From: Octopus vulgaris
Taxonomy: Eukaryota
Assembly (NCBI GenBank): GCA_951406725.2
Contig: OX597841.1
Span: forward strand, 19,530,001-19,594,000
Length of the DNA stretch: 64,000 nt
Direction of reading: 5' to 3'
The position numbers and the translations under genes are program-made. Below, in pieces: positions 39,035-53,177 of the stretch. Below the pieces are notes generated by a model. It was given only the letters and a program-made list of their open reading frames with translations. It had not been told where the DNA came from and made no database searches. Within the stretch, counting starts at the first letter, position 1; the number at the start of each line of letters is the position of its first letter.

Positions 39035-40622
39035 CTGCTTTGGCCAAAAGTCCATTTGGTGAAAACAAGGTACAAGTGGTCTATTCTTTCAATAATATAC
39101 TTACAGTTTTGTTCCAGTTCCCACTGCCATCCATTATTGCCTACTCAAAAGATTTCCCGAGGAAACACTTTCAGGTGAAAGTTTACATCGTCTTCTGAGT
39201 TTTTTGTGGGAAAAGAACTCTGAAGAGGATGACTCTATCACGTTCCTGACAAAGAACTTCATGTGCAAAAGCATCAGCTCAAAGCCTCCCACCTCACAGC
39301 TATCTGTCGCATATGCTGGTGCAGACATGTTCTCTGTCTCCTGCTAGATCATCTTACCAGGGCTTTACTCTCATTCGATGGAGCAGCTGCAGGCTGGAAG
39401 AGACTTTGCGGCAGGCCTCAGCACCAGATGGCTGAACGGGATTGAGGAAGATCTCTGGAGCTTGACATCAGCTTTGGATATGCAGAGGGCCTTAGCATAC
39501 ACTGGCAATGGAGAGCACTGGTGGACCTGGTCAGCATGGTGACATTTCTGAAAGCAGTATCTTAGAATGACCCCAACCCCATCAAGCAAGAGTATGAAGC
39601 AAGTCTTCAGAGTTGAAGCTCCGCCTGTTCAATGAATTTTGAAGAGAGCAAAGCAATGTGAAGGCGGAAGATCAACCTTAGATGGAGAATGCAGCAAAAT
39701 TTCCCAGCCAATCCTCAATAACTTCTGCCATATCTACAAAGAAATGCGGGGTTTGGCATTGCCCTCATAAAAGACAATATTCTTCTTACAAATAGCAAGT
39801 TTTGAATGCTTGTGCTTCATCGCTGTGCTTGATTTGTCCAGCTGTTTACAGTACATATTTGAATCGATTGTCCTGTCCATGGGAAGAGGCTCATGGGAAG
39901 AGGCAACACCCATCCAATCCTATCAAACTGAAAGTAGAACCTTCTTCAAGTGAAATCCTGATTGACAGGTTGCTTGCTGTGGTTTACCTCACTTCCTCCC
40001 CCATTGTTGACATTTTTGTAGATGATTCATTTTTTTGTTCCATGTCACCGTTCTCTTAAAAAAAAAAGGATCGTTTTCTTCACATTTCTGCAACAAATCA
40101 CTGATAGAAATCCATTGGTCAAGGTTAGCTTAGATTTAATCGATATGGAACCCAAACATTGAGCCTACTGATGCAACCAAATTGATGAGGATAATCTTCA
40201 GCACTCGATTTTGATATTTGTGGAATATCTGTGACCATCCAATCATATTACGGGGATGGTGTTTGTGTTATTCTCAGTTGGCTGACCGCAGTGAGGTGCA
40301 TCTTGAACTGAAAAATTCCACAGCAGAAAACTAGAAAACCACTTCCGATACACGCATTCTGTAACATCATCCTTTCTACACATGGAATATCTTCCGGAAG
40401 ATTTCCACCATTTTTTTACTCCTTTTTTTTTTAAATAAAAAAAAGCATGAGACATTCATAATTTTCATTTTGTTCCCTCATTTTCAGGGCAATCCTAAAC
40501 ACACAAACTACAACCTGTCTCATGTTGAACTTTGTTGAAGTGTCAAGAATCCAATGAGTTTACAGGCACAAGGGACCGATTTTAGGTTAGACAAAAACCG
40601 AATGGACTTTTTACCAACCCAG
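39035..40622 (-). mobile_element. Full-span decayed mariner with both TIRs and a nested LINE 3' fragment (~39260-39545, + strand)
   Basis: TA|CTGCTTTGGCCAAAAGTCCATTTGG and CCGAATGGACTTTTTACCAACCCAG|TA; HTH remnant (KWFSSF..VQDAPHCGQP), catalytic remnant (KNIVFYEGNAKP..GWEILLHSP) and C-terminus (EQNCKYIIE); nested WKRLCGRP..W. Confidence 0.8.
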
Positions 40623-41009
40623 TAATGTATATATGTAGCTATATTTGCTCATGTATCAGGACCCTTTAATTTCTGTAACATTCACATCAGACCCCATTGC
40701 AAATAATTTTATCAATATTTAAATATTTATGAAAAAAAACATATTTTCCTTTTACCTTTTACTTGTTTCAATCATTAGACTGCAGCCATGCTGGAGCACC
40801 ACCTTGAAGAAATTTCATCAAATGAATCAACCCCAATACCTTTTCTTTAGGCCTGGACTTATTCTAGTGGTCTCTTTTGTTGAACCGCTGAGTTAAAGGG
40901 ACAAAAACACACCAACTCTGGTTGTGAAGCAGTGGTGGTGGTGGACCTACACTGACACAAAGGCACACACACACACACACACACACAGATATATACATAT
41001 GTACATATG

Positions 41010-41628
41010 TCTGGGAAGCCTGAAGGCTGCACAAGCCATTCAGATCTGGCAGTGTTTCTACAGCTGGATGCCCTTCCTAACGCCAACCACTCCGTGAGTG
41101 TATTAGGTGCTTTTTATGTGCCACCGACACAGGTGCCAGACAAGGCTGGCGAACGGCCACGCTCGGATGGTGTTTTTTATGTGCCACCGGCACGGAGGCC
41201 AGGCGAGGCTGGCACGGCCACGATCGGATGGTGTTTGTTACGTGCCACCAGCACGGAGGCCAGTCGATGCGGTGCTGGCTACGGCCACATTCGGATGGTT
41301 CTCTTATGTGCCACCGGCACTGGTACCACAAAACTACAAATTCCATTGATGTTGATCGATTTCCATTTTGATTTGATTCTTTGATTTTTTGATTTTCACT
41401 TGCCTCAACAGGTCTTCACAAGTAGAGTTATGTGTCCCAAGAAGGAAGGTATGCACAGGTGGACTGGCTACGTCCCAGGTAGGGGCCATGGGTTGTGGCC
41501 TCACTTGTCCTGCCAGGTCTTTTCACACACAGCATACTTCCAATGGTCTCGGTCTCTGGTCATTTCCTCGGTGAGACCTAAGGAGCGAAGGTCGTGTTTC
41601 ACCACCTCGTCCCAGGTTTTCCTGGGTC
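41010..41628 (-). mobile_element. RTE-clade LINE 3' fragment with internal ~50-60-bp tandem units in the 3' UTR
   Basis: [35 protein letters not shown]; 3' UTR homologous to 55400-55560. Confidence 0.85.
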
Positions 41629-41929
41629 TATATGTATATATATAAGTATGTGTGTATGTGTTTGCCCCTCCAACATCGTTTGACAACCGATGCTGGTGTG
41701 TTTACGTCCCTGTAACTTAGTGGTTTGGCAAAAAAGACCGATAGAATACTAGGCTTACAAAGAATAAGTCCCAGTCTCGATTTGCTTGACTAAAGGCGGT
41801 GCTCCAGCATGGCCACAGTCAAATGACTGAAACAAGTAAAAGAGAGTAAAAGTAATATTTAACAACACTTTAGCAATTTGTTCCCACAAACTTCAAAGTT
41901 AGTCTTGGATTTTAATGCAACTCCAACTT

Positions 41930-42135
41930 AAGGCAGGGGGAGCTGGCAGAATCGTTAGCACACCAGACAAAATGCCTTTGTCCATCTTTACATTCTGAGT
42001 TCAGATTCCACCAGGGTTGACTTTGCTTTTCATTCTTTCAAGGTCAATGAAATAAATACCAGTTGCGTACTGGTGTTGATGTGATTGTTTATCTCCCTCC
42101 TCCAAATTTCAAGCTTTGTGCCTAGAGTAGAAAGG

Positions 42136-42171
<36 letters not shown>

Positions 42172-43505
42172 GGGGAAGGTGGTGAGCTGGCAGAATCATT
42201 AGCACACTGGTTGAAATGCTTAGCAGTATTTCACTCATCGCTATGTTCTGAGTTCAATTTCCACCAAAGTCGATTTTGCCTTTCATCCTTTCAGGATCAA
42301 TGAATTAAGTACCAGTTGTGTACTGTGGTCGATCTAATCGGCTAGCCCCTTATCCCAAAATGTCAGGCCTTGTGCCTATAATAGAAGGGATTATTATGGT
42401 TATTATTGGTAGCAAGCTGGCAGAACTGTTAGCACACCAGGCAAAATGCTTCGTGGCTTTTCGTCTGTCTTTACATTCTGTGATCAAATTGAAACCTGGG
42501 CTCACTTTTGTTACATCCTTTCAGGGTCAATAAAATAAGTACCTGTTAAACACTGGGGTCAATGTAATTGACTTAACCTTTCCCGTAAACTTGCTGGCCT
42601 TGTGTCAAAATTTGAAACCTAATTAAATCCAACTTATGGTGACAAGCTGGCAGAAATGTTAGCACACCGGATGAAATGCTTAGGGATATTTCATCTGTCT
42701 TTAAGTTCTGAGTTCAAATTCTGCTGAGGTCGACTTTGCCTTTCATCCTTTCAGGGTCAATAAATTAAGTACCAGTTATGCACTGGGGTCAAAATAATCG
42801 ACTTAATCCCTTTGTCTGTCCTTGTTTGTCCCCTCTATGTTTAGCCCCTTGTGGGCAATAAAGAAATAAATGTTAGCATGCTGGACAAAATGCTTCACAA
42901 TATTTCATCTGTCTTTAAGTTCTGAGTTCAAATTCCACCGAGGTCAACTTTGCCTTTCATCCTTTCGGGGTTGACTAATTAAGAACTAGTTGCATACTGG
43001 GGTCGATCTACTCGACTGGCCCCCTCCCACAAAAAATTTTGGACCTTGTGCCTAGAGTAGAAAAGAACCTTTAGCACACCTGGCAAAATTGTTGGCAGGA
43101 TTTCATCCATCTTTATGTTCTGAGTTCAAATTCTGCTGGGGTCAGTTTGCCTTTTATCCTTCAAGGTTGATAAAATAAGTACCAGTTGAATACTGGGGTT
43201 GGTGTAATCGACTTAACGTCTCGCTCAAACTTGCTGGCCTTGAGCCAAAATATGACACCAATATAACTCAAACTTTATGAAACTCAGTCTCGTTAACTGG
43301 TAATTATTACCAATTCATTTATTAATATTGATTTCAAATTTTGGCACAAGGCCAGCAATTTCAGGAAAGTTAGTAAATCAGTTACATCAATCACAGTACT
43401 TATTTTTTTGACCCCAAAAGGATGAAAGGCAATGTCAACCTCGGCAGCATTTGCATGAAATACTCCTAATCAGTTTGCCCAGAAGGCTAACGATCTGCCA
43501 GCCTC
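41930..43505. mobile_element. Cluster of ~6 tandem plus-strand SINE family B copies followed by one inverted copy (43330-43505)
   Basis: Head GCTGGCAGAA..GTTAGCAC and core TTTGCCTTTCATCCTTTC recur at ~41940, 42185, 42415, 42645, 42870 and 43070. Confidence 0.85.
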
Positions 43506-43617
43506 CTCTCTTAATTCAGACACTGATATTAGTGATGTCCCTTATAAATCAATTATGTTCTTTTCAAATTCAAATTGGTAGCTTATTTGTTTTTAACCTT
43601 TTCCTTATATACTCTCT

Positions 43618-44037
43618 CTTTTACTCTTTTACTTGTTTCAGTCATTTGACTGTGGCCATGCTGGAGCACCGCCTTTAGTCGAGCAACTCGACCCCGGGAC
43701 TTATTCTTTGTAAGCCCAGTACTTATTCTATCGGTCTCTTTTTGCCGAACCGCTAAGTGACGGGGACGTAAACACACCAGCATCGGTTGTCAAGCAATGC
43801 TAGGGGGACAAACACAGACACACAAACATACACGCACACACACATACAAACATAACGATATATACATATATATATGATGGGCTTCTTTCAGTTTCCGTCT
43901 ACCAAATCCACTCACAAGGCTTTGGTCGGCCCGAGGCTATAGTAGAAGACACTTGCCCAAGGTGCCACGCAGTGGGACTGAACCCGGAACCATGTGGTTG
44001 GTAGGCAAGCTACTTACCACACAGCCACTCCTGAGCC
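43618..44037 (-). mobile_element. Young full-length SINE family A
   Basis: CpG-rich and very similar to the other full-length copies. Confidence 0.9.
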
Positions 44038-44142
44038 TATATGGAAATTATAGATTTTCATTTCCTTATGTTCTCCACTTATTTTCCGGACACTCTCTTC
44101 TTCATACTTATTGTTTTCCCATTTTTTACACTAACAACCAAA

Positions 44143-44188
<46 letters not shown>

Positions 44189-44833
44189 ACAATTTCATGA
44201 TAGGTATCTCTAATGATTTGAAACAAAGACTGAAACAAATTAGTAAGCTTATTTTTATATAAAGTAACTGAAAGTGAAGTCTTGACAAACAAGAATATGA
44301 AATTTAAAGTCTTCTCTGGATTTTAAATGTGCTGAAACTGCACACATAGTCTGGTCTCCATGGCTGATGAGGGGAGTTTTATGTTTCATGGTTTTCATTC
44401 TTTTCCTGTTAATCGTTTCCATGTTCTGCTTTGAATTTTCACATGCGCACAATACACACACAAACATGCATATATGAGCAAATATATATATATATATATG
44501 TATACATACAAACATAAATGCATGCATACATACATACATACATACAAGAGGATGAAGCATTTTAGGATAACAATAACGAACTAATAACATTAAGCAAACA
44601 ATATAACGATATCCTGGGCGTGTTTGGGATGTGCAAATTTGGATAACAATCTCCGTGATTATTATAAGCGACTTCTACTATGTACACATACAAAAATAAC
44701 CAATTCACATAGAGAGAAAGGGGGGGAGAGGGAGAGAGGGGGAGAGGGAGAAAGAGGGAGAGGGAGAGAGAGGCATTTTATGGATGTCTCGTTCTAGATT
44801 TAGGAAGTGAGTGTATGTGTGTGTGTATATGTA

Positions 44834-44871
<38 letters not shown>

Positions 44872-44963
44872 CATACACACATACATATACATAGATATAT
44901 AGATATATATATATCAGTACACATACATATATATATATATATGTATATGTATGTGTATATATA

Positions 44964-45008
<45 letters not shown>

Positions 45009-45087
45009 TACATATATATACACATACACACATGTAATACATATATATACATATATAGACAGATATATACAATTACTTATATATATA

Positions 45088-45145
<58 letters not shown>

Positions 45146-45389
45146 TTACACACACACACATACACACACTGACATACATACATAAATATATATATATAAA
45201 TATATATATTTGTGCATATTATTCAGAACTACAAAACAGAGACATCTATAGTTTACATGAATAATTAAGGTGGAAGAAATAGGACAACGAACTTTTGACA
45301 AAAGAGGATGGATAGAGTTAAACAATAAAACTACCACTTTCTCTCTCTCTCTCTCTCTCTTTCTTTCTGTAGGTGTTTATATATGCATG

Positions 45390-45437
<48 letters not shown>

Positions 45438-45493
45438 GTGTGTGTGTGTGCGTGTATGTGTATCTGTATATGTGTGTTTATGTTCTAACTATA

Positions 45494-45534
<41 letters not shown>

Positions 45535-45580
45535 ATATATTGTGTGTGCATGTGTGTGTGTGTGTGTGTATCTGTATATC

Positions 45581-45619
<39 letters not shown>

Positions 45620-45784
45620 GTATACGCACACACCTATGTATATCTCAGTAGTATGTCATGATGTACAGTTTCCTGTGTATGTGAGTGTGTATATATGCAT
45701 ATACACATACTACACATAAGAATATATAAATTAATCTTATATGCATAGATAAGTATGCAAGTGTGAGTGTGTGTGTGGGGGGGT

Positions 45785-45825
<41 letters not shown>

Positions 45826-45919
45826 TGATCAGCTTTCTGTGTTGTTTCAGCGGTGAGGTGCCATCAGCACATTTTGGCTGATAAGCAAATCATCAGCTTA
45901 TAGTTTCATCTGGCACAAC

Positions 45920-46400
45920 ATGCCACCACCTCACCACCACCACTACCTCTGCCACCACTAGAACTACTATCACCACCACCACCACCACCACCACAACCAC
46001 CACCACCACAACCACCACCACAACCACCACCACCACCACAATCACCACCACCACCACCACCATCATCATCACCACCATCATCACCACCATCACCATAAGC
46101 ATAACTACTATCACCACCACCACCACCACCACCACTACCATCATCACTGCCACCACCACCATCACTAGAACTACTTTCACCACTACTACTACCACCACCA
46201 CCACTATCAATATCAATGCTACCAACCACTCACACATACCATCGGTACCACTAGCTTCATCACCACTAGCACTGAGACCATTGACACAACTAGTAATACT
46301 ATCCACCCACCCACCCACACACAAATATTTATTACTACCATCACTGCAACCATCGCCACCCTAACCACCAACACCACCACCACAACTACAAGCACCACAT
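45920..46400. repeat. (CAC)n/(CAT)n trinucleotide tract
   Basis: Seen directly; source of the poly-V and poly-G ORFs. Confidence 0.9.
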
Positions 46401-46604
46401 TTTATGACCCACACACACACACACACACTTAGATGTGTACACATACACTGAGGCACTTAAAAGTTAATACCTTCATATCATCAGCTGAATGAAGGACAAA
46501 TTGGAAACACACGCACACACTAATGCACACACACACACACCACACATACACGCATTCATTAACATGTACACACACACACACACAAGTCCACCCAGTGTCC
46601 TTAC

Positions 46605-47514
46605 CCTTAAGTTGTGAAGTAACCAGCTTCTGTCCTGTTGCTCCTGAAACTCATTATTTCAACAACAATCGCACCCTATCCACCCTGCAATGCACCCTTT
46701 ATACCCACTACTTCAAGCCAGAAAACCACCACCCTCACCACACCGTCCTCACCACCGTTGCAGGCTCACCATCAACCACAACAACCACCATCACCAAAGG
46801 GGATGCTCCTTTCTCACACACACACTGGCCCTTCATTTTCACAGCTGACTGGACTGGAGTAATGTGAAATAAAGTGTGTTGCCACCACCACCACCACCAC
46901 CACCACTACCACCAAAACCACAATGCCTTGCTAGGAATCGAACTCACAATCTTACCATTGTGAGCCAAATACTATAACCACTAAACCATGTGGCTTCACA
47001 CACACACACACGTACTCAATCACTCACATACACATATACATAATTACACCACACACATGTACACATCACCCAGTCACACACACACTCATACACACACACT
47101 TACATACTCACACACAATCACACATCTCCACAATCAGACATACACACACACACGTACACACTCACCCACACACACACACCCCATTCCACCCTTATATCAC
47201 AGATAATCATCAAAAGCCAGTTTATTTCTCCGTCATTTCCACCCTTGAGAAATCCTTCAAGAACCTTCCATCATTCTGGGAAATATCATGAGATACCTTT
47301 AGAAATCCTTTCTCTTATCTTTTATCTTTAACTTGTTTCAGTCATTAGAGTGTGGCCATGCTGGAGCACAGCTTTGAAGGGGTTTTAGTTGAAAGGGTCA
47401 ACCCTAGAACTTACTTTTGTCTTTTGAACCTGGTACCTAATCTATCAGTTCTCTTTTGCCAAACTGCTAAGTCACAGGGATGTAAACACACTGTATGTGT
47501 ATGTATGTATGTGT

Positions 47515-47554
<40 letters not shown>

Positions 47555-47886
47555 CTGTGAGTGAGAGTCTGTACCTGTGTGTGTGTGTGTGTGCATACAG
47601 GCAGTTCTCCACTTTACGAATTCATTCCTTTCTAATTATCATTCATCAAATGTGAACTCGTTAAGCAGTCGGCTGAGGATTGCGAACTTTTGCCAACAGA
47701 AATTGGCCTTTGTTCAGCTGACAGACATGTTCATCACCTGCAGACATTGTTTACAAGCAGTCACCATTGACACTTAGGGACTGATTAGAAGGAAAAATAT
47801 CAAATGTATTTTTTCTATTTTTGCCACAGAAAATTCTCACAAAGAGGAAAACTTGTCAAACGGGAAACTCAGGGAGAGAGAGAGAA

Positions 47887-47917
<31 letters not shown>

Positions 47918-50900
47918 AAGAGAGAGAGAGAGGGAGCGAGAGAGAGAGAGCCATCGGCAGATAGGAGTGTGTTCGTTTCTTACATCTCTATGGTATTATG
48001 TATGTATGTTCTTTTCTTACATGTCTATATTAATGTATTTAGATGTGAGAAGGCATGTGGCCCAGTGGTTAGGTTGATTGCCACATCGTGGGTTCAATTC
48101 CTGCCTGGGTTGTACACTGTGTTCTTGAGCAAAACCCTTCATTCCACCTTATTCCAGTTCTCTTTTCAATCGGTGAGGAATGCTGGCCTGCTAGCCTGGC
48201 CAGTGGGGTGGTGTTATCTGAAGGCTAGAGCAATGAAAAAGCGCATTGTGATCAGCGATGTGTAACAACATCTGATAGCCTGGTCAGTCATGTGATAACA
48301 TGTTACACACACACACACACACACACATACACACACACACACGCACATACATATACACACACACACACATATAGGTGCAGAAGCTTGCTTCCCAATCACA
48401 TGGTCCCAGGTTCAGTCCCACTGTGTGGCACCTTGGGCAAGTATCTTCTACAATAACCTTGAGCTGATCAAAGCCGTGTGAATGGATTTGATAGATGGAA
48501 ACTGAAAAGAATCCCACTGTATATGTGTTTGTGTATGCATAGTTATGTGTGTGTATAGTTGTGTGTGTGTTTGTCTCCCCATCTATTTCTTTACTACCCA
48601 CAAGGGGTTAAACACAGAGGGGACAAACAAGGACAGACAAACAGATTAAGTCGATTATATTGACCCCAGTGTGTAACTGGTACTCATTTAATCAACCCAG
48701 AAAGGATGAAAGGCAAAGTCGACCTCAGTGGAATTCGAACTCAGAACGTAACGGCAGACGAAATACCGCTAAACATTTCGCCCGGCTTGCTAACGATTCT
48801 GCCAGCTCACCGCCCTATGGCAACCAGTGTTGGTGTATTTACATCTACATAACTTAGCAGTTCAGCAAAAGCGACCGATAGAATAAGTACTAGGCTAGGG
48901 TTGATTTGTTTGACTAAAAAACCCTTCAAGACAGTACTCCAGCATGGCCACAGTCAAAATTGACTGAAACAAGTAAGAGAAGAAAAGAATATATCATGTA
49001 ATTTGTTGGCCATTGACCCTCCTGAGTTCGTCCACCCTTTCGTCCACCCTTTCGTCCACCCTTTCGTCCACCCTTTCATCCACCCTTTCGTCCACCCTTT
49101 CACTGGTCTTGTTTCTAATCCTGCTGGACGTCCTAAAACTGCCCCATTTATAATGGTCGCTTGGTGGTGTTGTTGGTTTAGACACTGATGGCTACATGTA
49201 ACCAGAAGCACTCGAGAGCTACTGGACCACTCACACATAGATACAGATGCAAGCATGACTGTAAGGTAAGAAGTCTGCTTCCAAGCCACATGGTTTCAGG
49301 TTCAGTCCCACTCTATGGCACTTTGAGCTAGTGCTTTCTGCTGTAAGCCCTCGACCACTCAATGCTTCTTGAACCAGATGTGATGGCTTGCAAAAGCGCA
49401 TTGTGATCAGCGATGTGTAACAACATCTGATAGCCTGGTCAGTCATGTGATAACATGTTACACACACACACACATACACACACACACATATAGGTGCAGA
49501 AGCTTGCTTCCCAATCACATGGTCCCAGGTTCAGTCCCACTGTGTGGCAACATCATTTGTCTCCTTTGCTGCAAGTCCAGAGAGACAGAGACAGACAGAC
49601 AGACAGTGAGAGAGAGTGGGTTTGAGATTGGTCATTCTTAACCAAGGAAGTACACGTGTTAATAAGGAATCCAAAGATCAAAAGCTGTCTGTTGCTTTCA
49701 TCAGGGCCTGTGTCGCTTGGGAAAAGCTGAAATTACCATATTTAATCAAACCCAGTTTTAACCCTTAAACATTCAGATTCCTCTGTCAACTAATCCTCTT
49801 TTCACTCACATTCCACCATCTTCAGTGCCAGAACTCTGTCAAAAGTAAAGCTATTTACTTACATTGTTTTCAATAGGCATAGGTGCGGCTGTGTGGTAAG
49901 TAGCTTGCTTACGAACCACATGGTTCCGGGTTCAGTCCCACTGCATGACACCTTGGGCAACTGTCTTCTACTATAGCCTCGGGCCGACCAAAGCCTTGTG
50001 AGTGGATTTGGTAGATGGAAACTGAAAGAAGCCCGTCCTATATATGTGTATATGTGTGTATGTGTGTGTATATGTTTGCGTTTCTGTGTTTGTCCCCCAA
50101 CATCGCTTGACAACTGATGCTGGTGTGTTTACATCCCCGTAACTTAGCAGTTTAGCAAAAGAGACCGATAGAATAAGTACTAGGCTTACAAAGAATAAGT
50201 CCTGGGTTTGATTTGCTTGACTAAAGGCGGTGCTCCAGCCTGGCCACAGTTGCATGACTGAAACAAGTAAAAGAGGATAAATTATGCATCATCTCATGGT
50301 TTCAAGATTCTGATTGTTATGATTGTTTTATTTTTAGAATGACATTGTTGGGTAAGTGTGAGAAACCAGACCTGGCTGTTTTGAACATAAAATAGATAAA
50401 ATATTTGGGCCTGATGGGGCCAGTTTAAATTTTAAAGGCTCAAACTTGTCCAACACCATGGCAAAGAAATGAGGATTATATGGGTAGTACATAAAAAGCA
50501 CCCATTACATACTCAGAGTGGTTGGCATTAGGAAGGGCATCCAGCCATAGAAATCATGCCAAATCAGACTGGAGTCTGGTGCAGCCCCTCATCTTACCAG
50601 CCCTGGTCAAACCATCCAACCCATGCCAGTATGGACATTAAATGATGATGATAATGAGATAATGATGATGGTGATGATGATAATGGTGATGATGATGGTG
50701 ATGGTGATGGTGATGATGATGATGAAAAATCTTTTGTTTTCTCATCAATAAAGTAGGTGTGAGAGATGAGGAAGCCAGCATCCCAAACCAGAATGTTGTT
50801 TATATACTTCAGACATCGTTTCGGAAGGGACACAAGGACACAACATTGATAAACCACAACTAGTGTGAAATATACAAAGGTGCATGGGTCAGTGGTTAGA

Positions 50901-51776
50901 GCACCAGGGTCATAATCATGTGGTAGGGAGTTCAAGTCCCAGACCAAGTTGTGTGTTGTGTTCTTGAACAAGACACTTTATTTCACATTGCTCCAGTTCA
51001 CTCAGCTGTAGAAATGAATTGGGATGTCACAGGTGCCAAGCTGAATCGGCCCCTTTGCCTTTCCCTTGGATAACACTGGTGGCGTGGAGATGGGGAGGCT
51101 GGTGTGCATGGACTACTGCTGGTCTTCCATAAACAATCTTATTTCTTTATTGCCCACAAGGGGCTAAACATAGAGGGGACAAACAAGGACAGACAAAGGG
51201 ATTAAGTCAATTACATCGACCCCAATGCATAACTGGTCCCTTATTTCATCGACCCCAAAAGGATGAAAGGCAAAGTCGACCTTGGCGGAATTTGAACTCA
51301 GAACGTAACGGCAGATGAAATACTGCTAAGCATTTCGCCTGGTATGCTAATGTTTCTGCCAGCTCACTGCCATAAACAGTCTTGCTCCGACTTTGGAGGG
51401 GAACTTTCTAGGTGCAATCCCATGGTCATTCCTGACTGAAGGGGTGTCTTTATCTCTTTAGCAGTGAAATATCCCCTTTTATTCTTGTGATCACTTCCGG
51501 GGCTGAACTCATTTCACCAAGCTCCAAAGAATATTTTGTTTTTTAATACATCTTCAAAAGGGTTTTTATTGGGTGAAAAAGTGCATCCCCTGGTGTTAAT
51601 AAAAAAGCAGATGTACATTAGAGAAGGCATTGTGGCCGAGTGGTTAGGTTGTAGCACTCACAACCACTGGACCATCATCGGGTTGATTCCCTGATTGGGC
51701 AGTGGATTGTGTTCTTGAGCAAGACTCTCCTTTTCATGTTGCTGCAGTCCACCTTTCAATTACCTATTTTTAACAT

Positions 51777-51815
<39 letters not shown>

Positions 51816-51931
51816 CTCTCTCAAAAAAACAAACCAAGATATGTAATAAAAACTAGATGCTTATGTGTGTTTGTGTATGTGTGGTACATATGTTTGTATG
51901 TGTATATCTGTATCAGTCAGAGATTATAAAA

Positions 51932-51967
<36 letters not shown>

Positions 51968-51984
51968 TAGATAGATAGATAGAT

Positions 51985-52018
<34 letters not shown>

Positions 52019-52461
52019 GCATATATACAAACACAAACCTGATAGGGAGCATGTACCAGTAATACTCCAGGCAATCTGCCACATTATTCCACCACAAATG
52101 TTGGCTGAGTGCCCCTGTCAACAGGATGCCAACACAATAAGGAATTTGGCACAAAGATTGTTTTGTACTACTAATGGACCAACAGAATGGCAGTGGTGGC
52201 GGTGGTGGTGGTGGCGGTGGCGGTGGCGGTGGTGGCATCGGTGGTGGTGGTGGTGGTGGTGGTGGTGGCGGTGGTAGTAATGGCAGCAGCAGAGTTGGTG
52301 GTGTTGGTGGTTAAGTAGTTGTGATGGTGGTAGTATACATACAACAGGCTTCTTTTGGTTTCTGTCTGTAGTCAGAATTGAGGTATTGTAGAAGATACTG
52401 GCACTGAACCTGCAACCGTGTGGCTGAGAAGCAAACTCTTTACCACACAGCCATGCCTGCA

Positions 52462-52521
<60 letters not shown>

Positions 52522-53139
52522 GTCATTCAAAATGTGACCGTGTGTGTACTGTTGGCGATTTTTTCCTCCGTCTTCCCTTCCTTGGATCTTTCCTATTCCT
52601 ATGTTTCTGATGAAGAGCTCCACTCAAAATGTTAAATCCTCCTCCTTTCTTTCCTTTCCTGAGCATCCAATCACACTATACTTGTTCCATGTCCTCGCGT
52701 TGTTGTGTTTTCTCTTTGTTTTCATGTTTGGATTAAAAACGACAACGCTGTGGAGATCTCATTCTTGCTCACAACATCATAAGCGGAAAGTGTAACCTCT
52801 CGAAAGAGCTGTTCTTCACTCCTGCTCCAGAGCGTCGGCTGTAGGGTCATTCCGAAAAGCTCTATCTGCGACGATTTTATCTCAATCGAAGGAGAGGGGC
52901 TTTCTCCGTCCGGGTTGCGGATCCGTGGAACAAGCTGCCAGACGAGATGGTGAAGATGCCAATGACCGCTCGGTTCAAAGTCTCCCTTGACCTCAAGTGG
53001 CCTGAACTCTTTACATGAACACCACCCTGTACATAACTCCATGTCCCCCTACATGGCCTTGCTGTTTGCTTTTTGAGCCAAAAAATTAACTAACTAACTA
53101 ACTAAGATATATATATAAATATATATATATATGTTGATG

Positions 53140-53177
<38 letters not shown>

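Noticed and set aside
45893-46324. Gly-rich or Val-rich protein exon
   Set aside because: (CAC)n microsatellite translation with no supported splice structure
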